The translations under genes were made by a program, and so were the position numbers. From an uncultured Actinomycetes bacterium (GTDB lineage Bacteria; Actinomycetota; Thermoleophilia; UBA2241), in assembly GCA_963709345.1 (NCBI GenBank), contig CAVPVX010000004.1, positions 256,001 through 320,000 on the forward strand: DNA of 64,000 bases, read 5' to 3'. The notes under the pieces were generated by a model. It ran no database searches. It was given only the letters and a program-made list of their open reading frames with translations, and had not been told where the DNA came from. Below are positions 27,655-36,848 of this stretch, in pieces. Position 1 is the first letter of the stretch. Each line of letters starts with the position of its first letter.

Positions 27655-28995
27655 TCAGTTCCTGATCCGCTCGCGCTGCTCCGCGCCCCACAGCACGACC
27701 ATGTCCCTGCCGTCGGCTTTGGCCTGGTAGAGCGCCTTGTCGGCGAGCTCCATGAGCTCGTCGAGCACGGTCGCGTCCCGCGGGCAGGTGGCGACGCCGA
27801 CGCTGATCGTGATGTTGACTTCGGCGGGCAGCCCCAGCCCCGTGTAGCGCGTGCCTCCGAGGGTACGGCGCACGCGCTCGGCCACGTAGTACGCGTTCTC
27901 GCCTGGGGTGCTCGGCAGCAGCACGGCGAACTCCTCGCCGCCGTGGCGGGCGCAGATGTCGGACGTGCGCAGGGCGTCCTGCATGGCGCGCGCTACCGTC
28001 TGCAGGACGCGATCGCCTGTCGCGTGTCCGTAGGTGTCGTTGAAATCCTTGAAGTGGTCGATGTCGATCATCAGCACGCTGAGCGGCGCCTGGTGCCGGA
28101 GGCTGCGCTCGATCTCCTCGCCGGCGCGGTTCATGAAGTAGCGCCGGTTGTAGAGCCGCGTGAGGTGGTCGGTGACAACCTGGCGGCGGATCGCGTCGTA
28201 CTTGTGGGCGTTCGTGAGCGCGCTCTGGACGTGGTTCTGCAGCGCGCTCAGGATGTCGTCGGTGAGCAGTTCTCCGTACTCCCCGCTGGTGGAGCTGGTG
28301 AGCAGCGCCATGTCGCCGACGTTCTCGATCCGGACCGGGAGCGCCAGCTGGTGGGTCATCGTGTGGGGGTAGAGGGAGCACTTGTGGCCTTCGGTGCGCT
28401 GGAGCTGACCGGACGTGACCGCCAGCCTGACCGGACAGTCGGGGGTGTAGGCGCAGCACTCGGCCGAGATCGTCGGCGAGAGGACGCCCTGGGCGCCCTC
28501 GAGCGAGAAGGCGCGCGCTTCCGCGTCCAGGAGCAGCAGCGCCGCGAAGTCGGCGTGCAGGAAGGCCTTGCTGCGGGAGAGGACGCGCTCGACGGTCTCG
28601 CGGTACGGCAGGGCCGCGTTCATCTCGCGGCCGAGCACGCCGACGTCCATGAGCTGGCGGTTGAGTGACTGCACGCGCATGAGGTCGTCCTTGATGCCCT
28701 GCGAGACCCACTCCTTGTCCTCGGCCGCGGTGAAGACCGCGATCAGGGTGCCGACGAGGTACCCGAGCTCGCGGATCTCGTCGCGGTACCGCGGGTCGCT
28801 GCGCTCGAAGTTGCCGCCGAGGCGCCGGCGAGAGCGTGCGATGAGGTCGTGCAGGGGGCGAAAGACCCAGAAGTGGGATGCCACGGCCGCGACGGCGTAG
28901 AGCGCGAGCGCCGCGAGCACCACCAGCCGGGGGCGACCGACGTCCAGCCAGATGAGCGCCACCAGGACGAAGGCCGCAAGCGCCGCGGCAACCAC
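27655..28995 (-). CDS. Membrane-bound GAF-GGDEF diguanylate cyclase
   Basis: Two TMs, HAMP-like DEIRELG, GAF, TDHLTRLYNRR, DIDHFKDFNDTYGH, RTSD (RxxD) and GGEEF. Start uncertain. Confidence 0.9.
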   Translation of the reverse strand: MVAAALAAFVLVALIWLDVGRPRLVVLAALALYAVAAVASHFWVFRPLHDLIARSRRRLGGNFERSDPRYRDEIRELGYLVGTLIAVFTAAEDKEWVSQGIKDDLMRVQSLNRQLMDVGVLGREMNAALPYRETVERVLSRSKAFLHADFAALLLLDAEARAFSLEGAQGVLSPTISAECCAYTPDCPVRLAVTSGQLQRTEGHKCSLYPHTMTHQLALPVRIENVGDMALLTSSTSGEYGELLTDDILSALQNHVQSALTNAHKYDAIRRQVVTDHLTRLYNRRYFMNRAGEEIERSLRHQAPLSVLMIDIDHFKDFNDTYGHATGDRVLQTVARAMQDALRTSDICARHGGEEFAVLLPSTPGENAYYVAERVRRTLGGTRYTGLGLPAEVNITISVGVATCPRDATVLDELMELADKALYQAKADGRDMVVLWGAEQRERIRN

Positions 28996-29185
28996 GGCCA
29001 GCGTCTTGAGCTCGAGGCTCAGGCCGCGGTTGTAGTCGAGGCAGGAGCCTCGCTTGCGATCAGCAGGGTTGGCCGTCGTGACGGACCTCGTTTCGGGGGC
29101 TGCGCGGCTACTTCCGGTATCGGCACGTCCGCGCAGACCATGATAGACGGGCGTTCGCGCGGGGTGGCGCCGTTACGCGCCCGGT

Positions 29186-29365
29186 CTAGATGCGGTTCAG
29201 GACGCGGCGGTCGTGCGTGGCGCGCCACGTGGTGCGCCGCTCGCCGCCGCGGCGGTCGCGAACGTGAAACGGACACACGGCGCAGTAGGTGCTGCACGTC
29301 AGCCGGGTGTCCACGTCGGCGACGCAGATGAGCGGTGGCTGGGGAGTTGTGCTCGGCCGGTTCAT
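29186..29365 (-). CDS. 59-aa Cys-rich microprotein with DRR/ERR motifs
   Basis: MNRPSTTPQPPLICVADVDTRLTCSTYCAVCPFHVRDRRGGERRTTWRATHDRRVLNRI. Strong GC3 bias; same strand as its neighbours. Confidence 0.5.
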   Translation of the reverse strand: MNRPSTTPQPPLICVADVDTRLTCSTYCAVCPFHVRDRRGGERRTTWRATHDRRVLNRI

Positions 29366-29451
29366 GCGGACATCACGTGCATGTACGCCGCGGAGGCGCC
29401 GCCTCCTGCCCTCCGCACCCGCGGCGACGCTACCGCGACGGCGCGCGAGCC

Positions 29452-29820
29452 TCATCTCTTGAGGTACTCCTCGACGACGGAGAGGACCTGGGCGATGCGG
29501 AACGGCTTGGTGATGTAGCCGTCGATGCCGACGTCGGTCGCGCGCTCCATGTCGGTCGCCATGGCCTTCGCCGACAGCCCCACGATGACGATGTCGCGCG
29601 TCCCCGCGTCGGCCTTGAGCTCGGCCACGGCTTCGTAGCCGCTGACGACCGGCATCATCATGTCCATGAGGATGAGGTCGGGGTGATGTGTCTTGCTGAG
29701 GTCCACCGCTTCGCGGCCGTTGGCCGCCTTGTGGACCGTGTATCCCTGCGTTTCCAGTGACATCGAGACGATGTTCAGGATGTCGGGGTCGTCGTCTGCG
29801 ATCAGGATGGCCTTCGCCAC
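29452..29820 (-). CDS. Single-domain response regulator (CheY/DivK-like)
   Basis: ILIADDD, DLILMDMMMP, YITKPF. RBS GAGGAGG. Confidence 0.92.
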   Translation of the reverse strand: MAKAILIADDDPDILNIVSMSLETQGYTVHKAANGREAVDLSKTHHPDLILMDMMMPVVSGYEAVAELKADAGTRDIVIVGLSAKAMATDMERATDVGIDGYITKPFRIAQVLSVVEEYLKR

Positions 29821-29833
29821 GATGTGCGCCTCC

Positions 29834-31672
29834 TCAGCTGATCTTGCCCGCCGACAGCGGGTCCGCCGGCCTGGTTGATATCGGCATGGTGAAGATGAAG
29901 CTGGAGCCCTTGCCGAGCTTGCTCTGCACACGGATCGTGCCGCCGTGCAGTTCGACCAGCTCGCGGACGATCGCCAGCCCCAGCCCGGTCCCTCCCTGGG
30001 ACCGGGTCGCCGACGAGTCGATCTGCGTGAAGCGCTGGAAGACCTTGTCCTGGTCCTCGCGGGCGATGCCGATGCCCGTGTCGTTGATCCAGATCTCGAC
30101 GAGGTCGTCCGTCGTCCGCGCCTCGACGCTGACGCTCCCGTTCTCGTGCGTGTACTTTATGCCGTTGGTGATGAGGTTGAGGAGGACCTGGTTGAGCTTG
30201 CTGGAGTCGGCCCAGACCAGGGGCAGATCGGTGGGCAGGAAGGTCGAGATGCGGATGCGTTTGTCCTGGGCGCGTGGCTTGACTACCGGCAGCACGCCGA
30301 GGAGGGCCGCCCGCAGGTCGACCGCTTCGCGGTTGAGCTCCAGGCGGCCCGCCTCGATCTTGGTCAGGTCGAGCACGTCGTTGATGAGGTTGAGCAGCGA
30401 TTCGCCACCCTTGAGGATGCTGTCGATGAACGCTGTCTGCTTCTCGTTCAGCTCTCCCGTCATCCCGCTGAGAAGCATGTCGCTGTAGCCGATGATGGAG
30501 GTCAGCGGCGTGCGCAGCTCGTGGCTCATCGTCGCCATGAAGTCGCTCTTGAGCTGGTCGAGGTGGGTCAACTCGTCGTTCTTGTGTGCCAGCTCCTCGT
30601 TGTACTGGATGTTGCGCACGACGAGCGCCACCTGGTCGCAGAGCGCGCGGAGAGTCGGCACGGCCGAGTCGACGACCGGATCGTCCCGCCGGTAGAGGAG
30701 AGCGACCACCCCGAGCAGTTCGCGCTTCGCCTCGAGCGGAGCGACGACGAAGCCGTGGTAGCCGTCCTTCTCCAGCGCCTTCAGCAGGCGCCCGACACGC
30801 GCATCGGTGACCGTATCGTGGCGCTGTGCGCCTTCGGCGGCGACCTCGACGATCCCAAGGTCCTTGTAGCGCCGCACGGCCTCGGAGTCGAGCGAGCCCA
30901 CGAGCGCGCGTTCCTCGAAGTCACCGCTGTTGCGGTTGAGGATCAGCGTGAAGCCCGAGCGGAAGCCCGTGGCGCCGGCGATCTGTGCGAGCGCCTCGGG
31001 GATGAGGCCGGCGATGTCCTGGTGCCGCAGAAAGACCCTGCTGCTCTCGCTCATGATCCGCAACTGCTCGTTGGTCGCCTGCATGCGCCGCAGCTGGGCG
31101 TCCGTGTCCGCTTTCGCGCCCGAGATCTGCAGAGTGCTGCGCATGAGGGCCTGAGCCTGTCTGCCCGCGAGCAGGGCGATCAGCAGGAAGGCCGCCGCAT
31201 GAAGACTGACGGCGATCAGCATCCAGTTGGCCGGCAGTCGCCCTCTGGCGACCATCGCGGTGACGTCGACGATCATCTCGCGCTGCAGGAGCCACACGGC
31301 GGCGTAGGCGCACGAAGCCGCCGCGGCGGCGGCGTACGGGACCCAGGCGGGCAGAAAGACGCTGCTGAGGACGATGGGCCAAACGTAGAACACCGCCGTC
31401 GGGCTCAGCGCGCCACCGCTGAAGACGACGCCGGCCGTGACCAGTGCGATGTCGGTGACCACGGTCGCGCCGGCCAGGGTCCGGGTGGCGACGTGCCCCT
31501 CGAGCGCGAAGAACGGGACGGTCGCCGCCACGACCACGGCGATCGCGATCGCCAGCTCCATCGTCACGAAGCCGTGATCGGCGACCTGCACCCACAGCAC
31601 GGCGGTGAAGATCGCGAGGGCGAACAGCATACGTGCGTACAGCACGTCGTGCAGTTGTCGGCGCAAGTCCAT
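29834..31672 (-). CDS. Membrane sensor histidine kinase with GAF domain
   Basis: About 6 TMs, SHELRTPL H-box, NLITNGIKY, DTGIGI, GTGLGL. Confidence 0.93.
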   Translation of the reverse strand: MDLRRQLHDVLYARMLFALAIFTAVLWVQVADHGFVTMELAIAIAVVVAATVPFFALEGHVATRTLAGATVVTDIALVTAGVVFSGGALSPTAVFYVWPIVLSSVFLPAWVPYAAAAAASCAYAAVWLLQREMIVDVTAMVARGRLPANWMLIAVSLHAAAFLLIALLAGRQAQALMRSTLQISGAKADTDAQLRRMQATNEQLRIMSESSRVFLRHQDIAGLIPEALAQIAGATGFRSGFTLILNRNSGDFEERALVGSLDSEAVRRYKDLGIVEVAAEGAQRHDTVTDARVGRLLKALEKDGYHGFVVAPLEAKRELLGVVALLYRRDDPVVDSAVPTLRALCDQVALVVRNIQYNEELAHKNDELTHLDQLKSDFMATMSHELRTPLTSIIGYSDMLLSGMTGELNEKQTAFIDSILKGGESLLNLINDVLDLTKIEAGRLELNREAVDLRAALLGVLPVVKPRAQDKRIRISTFLPTDLPLVWADSSKLNQVLLNLITNGIKYTHENGSVSVEARTTDDLVEIWINDTGIGIAREDQDKVFQRFTQIDSSATRSQGGTGLGLAIVRELVELHGGTIRVQSKLGKGSSFIFTMPISTRPADPLSAGKIS

Positions 31673-31794
31673 CCGGTCGGGTCATCCTCCGAAACGCTGG
31701 TAGGGTATTCTATCCCGGGCCCCGAAATCCGTTCGCGCATCGCGACTTCCGGCCATGGGGTGGAACCTTGCCGGTCGAAAGGAGGACCCCCGTC

Positions 31795-33174
31795 ATGTCG
31801 GTGCCGCGTCTCGTTGTGAGCGGGCTCGAGCCCGGCCCGGCGGTCGCGCTCGCGTCCGGGGCGCTCCTCTCCGCCTTTGCCGGCACGTCCGCCGTCCGCC
31901 CGGTCACCCTCGGAGTGGACGTACCTCTGTGGCGTCTGCTGCACGCTGCGGGGACCAAGGCGCCGCGGGTGCTCGACCCCATGGTCCTCGACGCCGCCGT
32001 CGCCGGTGAGCTGTACGACGAATGGTCGGCCGGTTGCGACCTCCTGGCGCTCGTCGCGGTCGAGCCGGCGCTGGACCGCTGGCAGGGCATCGAGGGTTCT
32101 CGCGCCGTGGACGTCGCCACGGCGCTCGACGCTCCGCTCGTCCTCGTGGTCGACGCGCGCGACCGTGGCGTCACCGCGGCCGCTGCCGCGGTCGGGGTGC
32201 GCTCGCTCGCGCCCAGCGTCGAGTTCGCCGGCGCCGTCGTCGTCGGCGGCGAAGAGCACGGCGCCGCGGAGGGCCTGCGCAGCATCATCGAAGAGCGCGC
32301 CGGGCTTCCCCTGCTCGGATGGATCCCCCCTCAGCTCAGCGAGCAGTTCGTGCGCCAATACTGCTTGGGATCCGGCGCGTTGCGGCAGCTAGGCCCTCGG
32401 CCGCCCGGCGGCGGGGCGGTCGCCCTGTGCCGGGAGGCGGCGTCGTACCTCCGGCGTGACGAGCTCGAGGCCGTCGCTTCGCGCCACGGCTTCGTGGCGC
32501 CGCGGCCGCGCAAGCTCCTGGCCGCGGTCCCTGCCGCCGCCGGGCTCACCCTCGCCGTCGGGTGGGGTCCGCCCCTCGAGCCGTTCGCCCTGGAGAACGT
32601 CGATCTGCTGCACGCTATGGGCCTCGCCCTCGCCCCGCTGCACATCGGCCGCGATCACGAGCTGCCGCCCGGCGTGAGCGGTCTGCTGCTGGCCGGGCTG
32701 CTGGACGAGGACGCGCTCGGCGAGTTCGCCGCCAACGCGGAGCTCAAGGCGGCGCTGGCCGCGGCCGTCGCCGGCGGGCTGCCGACCCTGGCGCTGGGCG
32801 GCGGCGCCCTCCTCCTGCTCCGCCGCCTCACGGACAGCCGCGGGCGCTCGCGCGAGCTGGCCGGTGTCGTTCCCGCCGAGGCCGAACTGCTCGAGTGGTA
32901 CCGGCGCCCGCGCTACGTGCGGGCGCGCGCGGCGCGCGAGAACCCGTACGACCAGGGCGAGGGCGACGTGTGCGAGCTGTTCGACCTCGAGTTCCTCACT
33001 CTGCAGCAGGAGTCGTTTGCCTACCATGTCGGCGAGACGAAGGGGGAGGGTGAGGCCGAGGGGTTCGTCAGCGGGCGGTGCCTCGCCACCACGCTCCTCC
33101 CGACCCTCCCAGCGCGGCCGCAGTTGGCGTCGAGCTTCGTGACCGCCATGCGGTCGGCGGCCTCGGGCGAGTGA
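31795..33174 (+). CDS. Degenerate cobyrinate a,c-diamide synthase (CbiA/CobB) homologue
   Basis: Collinear with CbiA (PRLVVSG, VATALDAPLVLVVDA, ENVDLL, LPPGVSGLLLAG, GLPTLALGGG) but without GKT, KVGPDYID or the ECGG cysteine. Confidence 0.7.
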   Translation: MSVPRLVVSGLEPGPAVALASGALLSAFAGTSAVRPVTLGVDVPLWRLLHAAGTKAPRVLDPMVLDAAVAGELYDEWSAGCDLLALVAVEPALDRWQGIEGSRAVDVATALDAPLVLVVDARDRGVTAAAAAVGVRSLAPSVEFAGAVVVGGEEHGAAEGLRSIIEERAGLPLLGWIPPQLSEQFVRQYCLGSGALRQLGPRPPGGGAVALCREAASYLRRDELEAVASRHGFVAPRPRKLLAAVPAAAGLTLAVGWGPPLEPFALENVDLLHAMGLALAPLHIGRDHELPPGVSGLLLAGLLDEDALGEFAANAELKAALAAAVAGGLPTLALGGGALLLLRRLTDSRGRSRELAGVVPAEAELLEWYRRPRYVRARAARENPYDQGEGDVCELFDLEFLTLQQESFAYHVGETKGEGEAEGFVSGRCLATTLLPTLPARPQLASSFVTAMRSAASGE

Positions 33175-33247
33175 GCCCGTCGTTCGCGGCGCTCGTGCGC
33201 CGGCTACGGCGCCGTCCATCCGGACGGCGTGGGCCGGAGCCGCCGTC

Positions 33248-34915
33248 ATGACGCTCTCCTCGCTGGAGGCCCGGATGCGGTCGAGACGCGGGCTGCTCGC
33301 GCTCTGGCTGACGGCGACGGCCGCCGTCGCCGTCACGACGCTGCTCATGTCCTGGGGCGGCGTGCCCGGCTGGGACGACGCCGCCCACGCCTACAAGGTG
33401 CTTCTCCTGCAGGGCGGCGACTCGGTCTTCTGGGACACGTACTGGTACGGAGGCGCCCACGGCGCCGTCACCTACGGGTTCGTCTACTACTGGCTCGCCC
33501 AGTTCGTTCCCGGCGCGTTGATCACGGTCGTCGCCGGCGGGACCGTGCCCCTGATCTTCTATCTGTACCAGCGGGACATGTGGCGGATCGATGACGTCTG
33601 GCCGGCCTGGTCGTTCGTCCTCGTCGTTTCGCTCTACCAGGCGCACGGTCAGGATCCCTTCGTGCTCGCGCTCGCGCTCTCGCTGGGAGGGCTCGCCCTG
33701 CTCGCCCGGCGGCATCCCCTGTGGGCTGCTCTTCCGGTCTCGATCGGGGTGTTCGCCAACCCCATGGGCCTGGTGGTGATGCTGCCGTTCATGATGGCGG
33801 ACTTCATCGCGCGGCCGGAGACGCGGCGGCGGTACGTCGTGTTCGCCGCCGCGCTCGTGCCGGCCGTCATGGTGCGGCTCGCGATCGGCTGGGCGTTCTT
33901 CGAGCCGGGCGCGTATCTGAACGAGACGTCCCAGCTCATGGTCTTTCTCGGGTTCGCGCTCGCGGGGATCGCGTTGGCGGGCGTCAATGCGGCGCACCAC
34001 CGGCGCCCGTTCGTGGTCCTGTTCGCGACTTACGCCGTCATCTGTGTGGTCTCCTTCGTGACGCCCGGGAGTCCTTTGGGCAACAACATCGGGCGCTTCT
34101 TCATGGTCTTCGGTCTGCCCCTGCTCGTCCTGCTGCGGCACACGCGGCTGCGGCGCCCGCTGCCGTACGCCGAGCTGGCCGTGCTGCCGATCGTGTTGTT
34201 CTCCATGCTGCAGTTCGGCACGGCGGTGAGTCACTTCGCCAACAGCGTCGAGCGGCCGCAGACCACACGCGCCTTCTTCGAGCCGGCGCTCACGGCCGCC
34301 CGACGGCTCCACGACCCCAACTACCGCATCCACGTGGTCGCGCTGCGCCGTCATTGGGAGGCGCTCTACTTCCCCGAGGCCGGCTACCCGATCACTCGGG
34401 GGTGGTACAGGCAGGCGGACGCGATCCACAACAGCCTCTTCTATACGCCCTACGTGGCCGCCGAGTATGCGGGCTGGCTGCGATCCATGGGTGTCGAGTA
34501 CGCCTTCCTCCCGGTAGCCGGCCCTCTCGACCCCTGGAGCCGGCGTGAGGCGCGGCTTCTGGCGACGTCGCCGGCGTTCTCCTTCGTCGAGCAGGCCGGC
34601 GCGTGGCGCATCTACCGGCTGGTCGACGCCCGGCCCCTGCTCGTCCCGCTGCCGGACGTCTCCGGTGAGCGTCGCGGCGACATCCACGAGGTCGGGCACC
34701 GCCGCATCACCTTCACCGTCACGGCGCCGGGCAGGTACCTGCTCAAGTTCACGGCGTCGCCCTACTGGGTGCTCGAGGGTGGCCCGGGGACGGTGCGTCC
34801 CCGGGCGGACCGCTTCATGGAGCTCGATCTGCGGCGAGCCGGGACCTACACGCTCCGCTTCGAGGTCTCGCTTGATACCGCGCTGGAGACGGCGGGCGCC
34901 AGACTCGGGCTCTAG
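33248..34915 (+). CDS. Polytopic membrane protein, probable GT-C glycosyltransferase
   Basis: DD pair after TM1 (GWDDAAH), WDTYWYGG loop, about 10 TMs, C-terminal soluble domain with RGWYRQ. Confidence 0.55.
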   Translation: MTLSSLEARMRSRRGLLALWLTATAAVAVTTLLMSWGGVPGWDDAAHAYKVLLLQGGDSVFWDTYWYGGAHGAVTYGFVYYWLAQFVPGALITVVAGGTVPLIFYLYQRDMWRIDDVWPAWSFVLVVSLYQAHGQDPFVLALALSLGGLALLARRHPLWAALPVSIGVFANPMGLVVMLPFMMADFIARPETRRRYVVFAAALVPAVMVRLAIGWAFFEPGAYLNETSQLMVFLGFALAGIALAGVNAAHHRRPFVVLFATYAVICVVSFVTPGSPLGNNIGRFFMVFGLPLLVLLRHTRLRRPLPYAELAVLPIVLFSMLQFGTAVSHFANSVERPQTTRAFFEPALTAARRLHDPNYRIHVVALRRHWEALYFPEAGYPITRGWYRQADAIHNSLFYTPYVAAEYAGWLRSMGVEYAFLPVAGPLDPWSRREARLLATSPAFSFVEQAGAWRIYRLVDARPLLVPLPDVSGERRGDIHEVGHRRITFTVTAPGRYLLKFTASPYWVLEGGPGTVRPRADRFMELDLRRAGTYTLRFEVSLDTALETAGARLGL

Positions 34916-34965
34916 ACCGGGCTGCGGCCGCGAGAGCACCGCTCCCCGAGGCCGGCGTCCCACGC

Positions 34966-35430
34966 CGGTTCGCGGATCTCTACGATCCCGAGAGCAACGT
35001 TACGGCGCTTGTCGACTTTGACAACGACTGCGTGGCGACGAGTCTCGCCTGCGCCCGGGCGCTCGGCGAGCGGCTCTGGGGCGTCCGCCTCGACACGAGC
35101 GAGACACTGGTCGACCGTTCGCTGTGGGACGGCGTGGGCGCGTTTCGCCCCACCGGCGTCGCGCCCGAGTCGGTGCGCGCCGTCCGGCGCGGACTCGACG
35201 ACGAAGGATTCGGCGACGTCCACATCGTCGTCAGCGGGGGGCTTCGACGCGGAGCGCATTCGGCGTTTCGAGGCCGCCGGCGTGCCCGCGGACGCGTACG
35301 GCGTCGGTAGCAGTCTGCTGCGCGGCAGCACCGACTTCACGGCCGACGTCGTTCTACTGGAGGGGTGCCCGTGCGCCAAGGGCGGACGGCTGTACCGGCC
35401 CAATCCGCGTCTCGAGCGCGTCCTGCTAGT
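34966..35430 (+). pseudogene. pncB: Truncated, frameshifted nicotinate phosphoribosyltransferase
   Basis: VTALVDFDNDC...LWGVRLDTS...IVVSGG|FDAERIRRFE...YGVGSSL...DFTADVV. Frameshift in the G6 run at 35236-35241; N-terminal half missing. Confidence 0.8.
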
Positions 35431-35479
35431 GGCTGCCCGGGCCGAAGGCGCCGCTCATGGACCACAGCACACCGACGCT

Positions 35480-35898
35480 GCGGACGGCCGCCGCCGTCTT
35501 CCTTGCCGGCATGCACGCACCCGACGACCCGGAGTCCCGGATGTTCTCGCCGCACTGCATGGAGGGCTCGGGGGAGGAGGACGTGGCGCCCGGACTCGCT
35601 GGGTTCGCGGCGCGCGGCGCGCGGCACGTTGGTGCGCAAGCGCACCTGCTCCGGCTTTCGCAGTACCCGACTCAACGGGATCCTGGAGCGACTGTCGCCG
35701 GAGAGCGTCGAGGTGGCCGGCGTGTGCACCGGCATCCGCACCCTGCACACCGTCTGCGATCTGAGGGTCCGGAGCTACGAGGTGGTGGCGCGGCGCGACC
35801 TGGTCGACACGTACGACGCGCCGGGACACGACGCCGACGGGTTCAACCGGTTCGCGTTGGCGCACATCGGCGATGTGCTCGGTGCGCGTGTGGAGTGA
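35480..35898 (+). pseudogene. pncA: Truncated, frameshifted nicotinamidase/isochorismatase
   Basis: HAPDDPESRMFSPHCMEGS...|VRKRTCSGF...VAGVCTGIRTLHTV. Frameshift near 35628; the TDIC motif is altered to TGIR. Confidence 0.7.
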
Positions 35899-35961
35899 GG
35901 CGGGCCCTGCCCCCGGGCGGGGACGCGGCGCCTGGGCCCCGTCCGCAAGCGCGAGCGCCGC

Positions 35962-36606
35962 TCAGTCGCCGGCGCCGGGGGTCGAACTTCCGCGGTCCGC
36001 CAAGAGGTCGACGAAGCTCTGTGAGCGCAGGCCGATGGTCGAGCCGGGATCGATCCGCGCCGCGGCCTTCCACTCGTCCTTTGCCTGGTCCACCCGGCCT
36101 TCCGAGAACGAGACGATGGCCAAGGAGTAGTGGGCCTCCTGCTGCTCGGGATGCGCGGCGATAAGGGCTTCCAGGGTCTCCCTGGCTTGTGCCGTATCGC
36201 CCCGGGCGTGCCACACCATCGCCAGGCGTACGGTGGCGGTCGTGTTGTCCGGGTCCTCGTGCAGGGCGCGAGTGAAGGCGCGCTCCGCCTGCGGGAGGCG
36301 CTGACCGAGGAAGTAGGCGTCGCCCAGGTCGAGGAGAAGACCGACGTCTTCGGGGTCGGCCGCGCTCGCCTCTTCGAGGCGCTCGATGTTGCGTCCGACG
36401 TCGTCCGCGTCGGCCTTTGCGGGTTCGGGTTCGTCGGTGTCCGCGATGCTCGGGTGCCCGGACGGCAGAGAGTCCTCGAGGGCCGTCTCGCCCGCCGCCG
36501 TGCTCGTCGCAGGGTCTGAGCCGCCCGATGCCATACCGACGGCGACGATGCCCGTGGCCACCGCGACGGCCGCGCCCATGGCGATGAGTGCCGCTGATCG
36601 TCTCAT
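35962..36606 (-). CDS. Membrane-anchored TPR protein with LPxGHP motif
   Basis: N-terminal hydrophobic segment, LPSGHPSI, three TPR-like repeats (LGDAYF, LAMVWH, LAIVSF). Confidence 0.75.
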   Translation of the reverse strand: MRRSAALIAMGAAVAVATGIVAVGMASGGSDPATSTAAGETALEDSLPSGHPSIADTDEPEPAKADADDVGRNIERLEEASAADPEDVGLLLDLGDAYFLGQRLPQAERAFTRALHEDPDNTTATVRLAMVWHARGDTAQARETLEALIAAHPEQQEAHYSLAIVSFSEGRVDQAKDEWKAAARIDPGSTIGLRSQSFVDLLADRGSSTPGAGD

Positions 36607-36773
36607 TGTCGACGCTCGTCCTTCCGTGGGGTCGCGCGGGCGTGGACTCCTCGGCAGGATAGCACCCGGCCTGCCGCTGAACGACCGGGTTCTGCCCGCA
36701 CAGCGACGATATCGACAGGCATCCCGGCGACACCTAACCAAGCTTGACCCGTGCTTAACGCGCAGTCCGCCGC

Positions 36774-36822
36774 TTGACCCGCAGGCAGTACTGAGGTTAG
36801 GCTCAATGAGACAGTTTCTGTC
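36774..36822 (+). promoter_or_regulatory. Sigma70 promoter and putative Rrf2 autoregulatory dyad
   Basis: TTGACC-N18-TAGGCT, followed by GACAG-TTT-CTGTC at 36810-36822. Confidence 0.55.
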
Positions 36823-36848
36823 CTGTCTAGAGAGGAAAGCGAAGGGCC

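Noticed and set aside
28996-29145. Possible c-di-GMP riboswitch upstream of the diguanylate cyclase
   Set aside because: No GEMM-I (GGCAAA...GACGCAAA) or GEMM-II signature. The region looks more like an N-terminal extension with an unclear start codon.
29945-34963. Long antisense ORFs (29945-31819, 33068-34963 and many similar ones)
   Set aside because: These are typical shadow ORFs of GC-rich coding strands, Arg/Gly/Pro-rich and without recognisable motifs.
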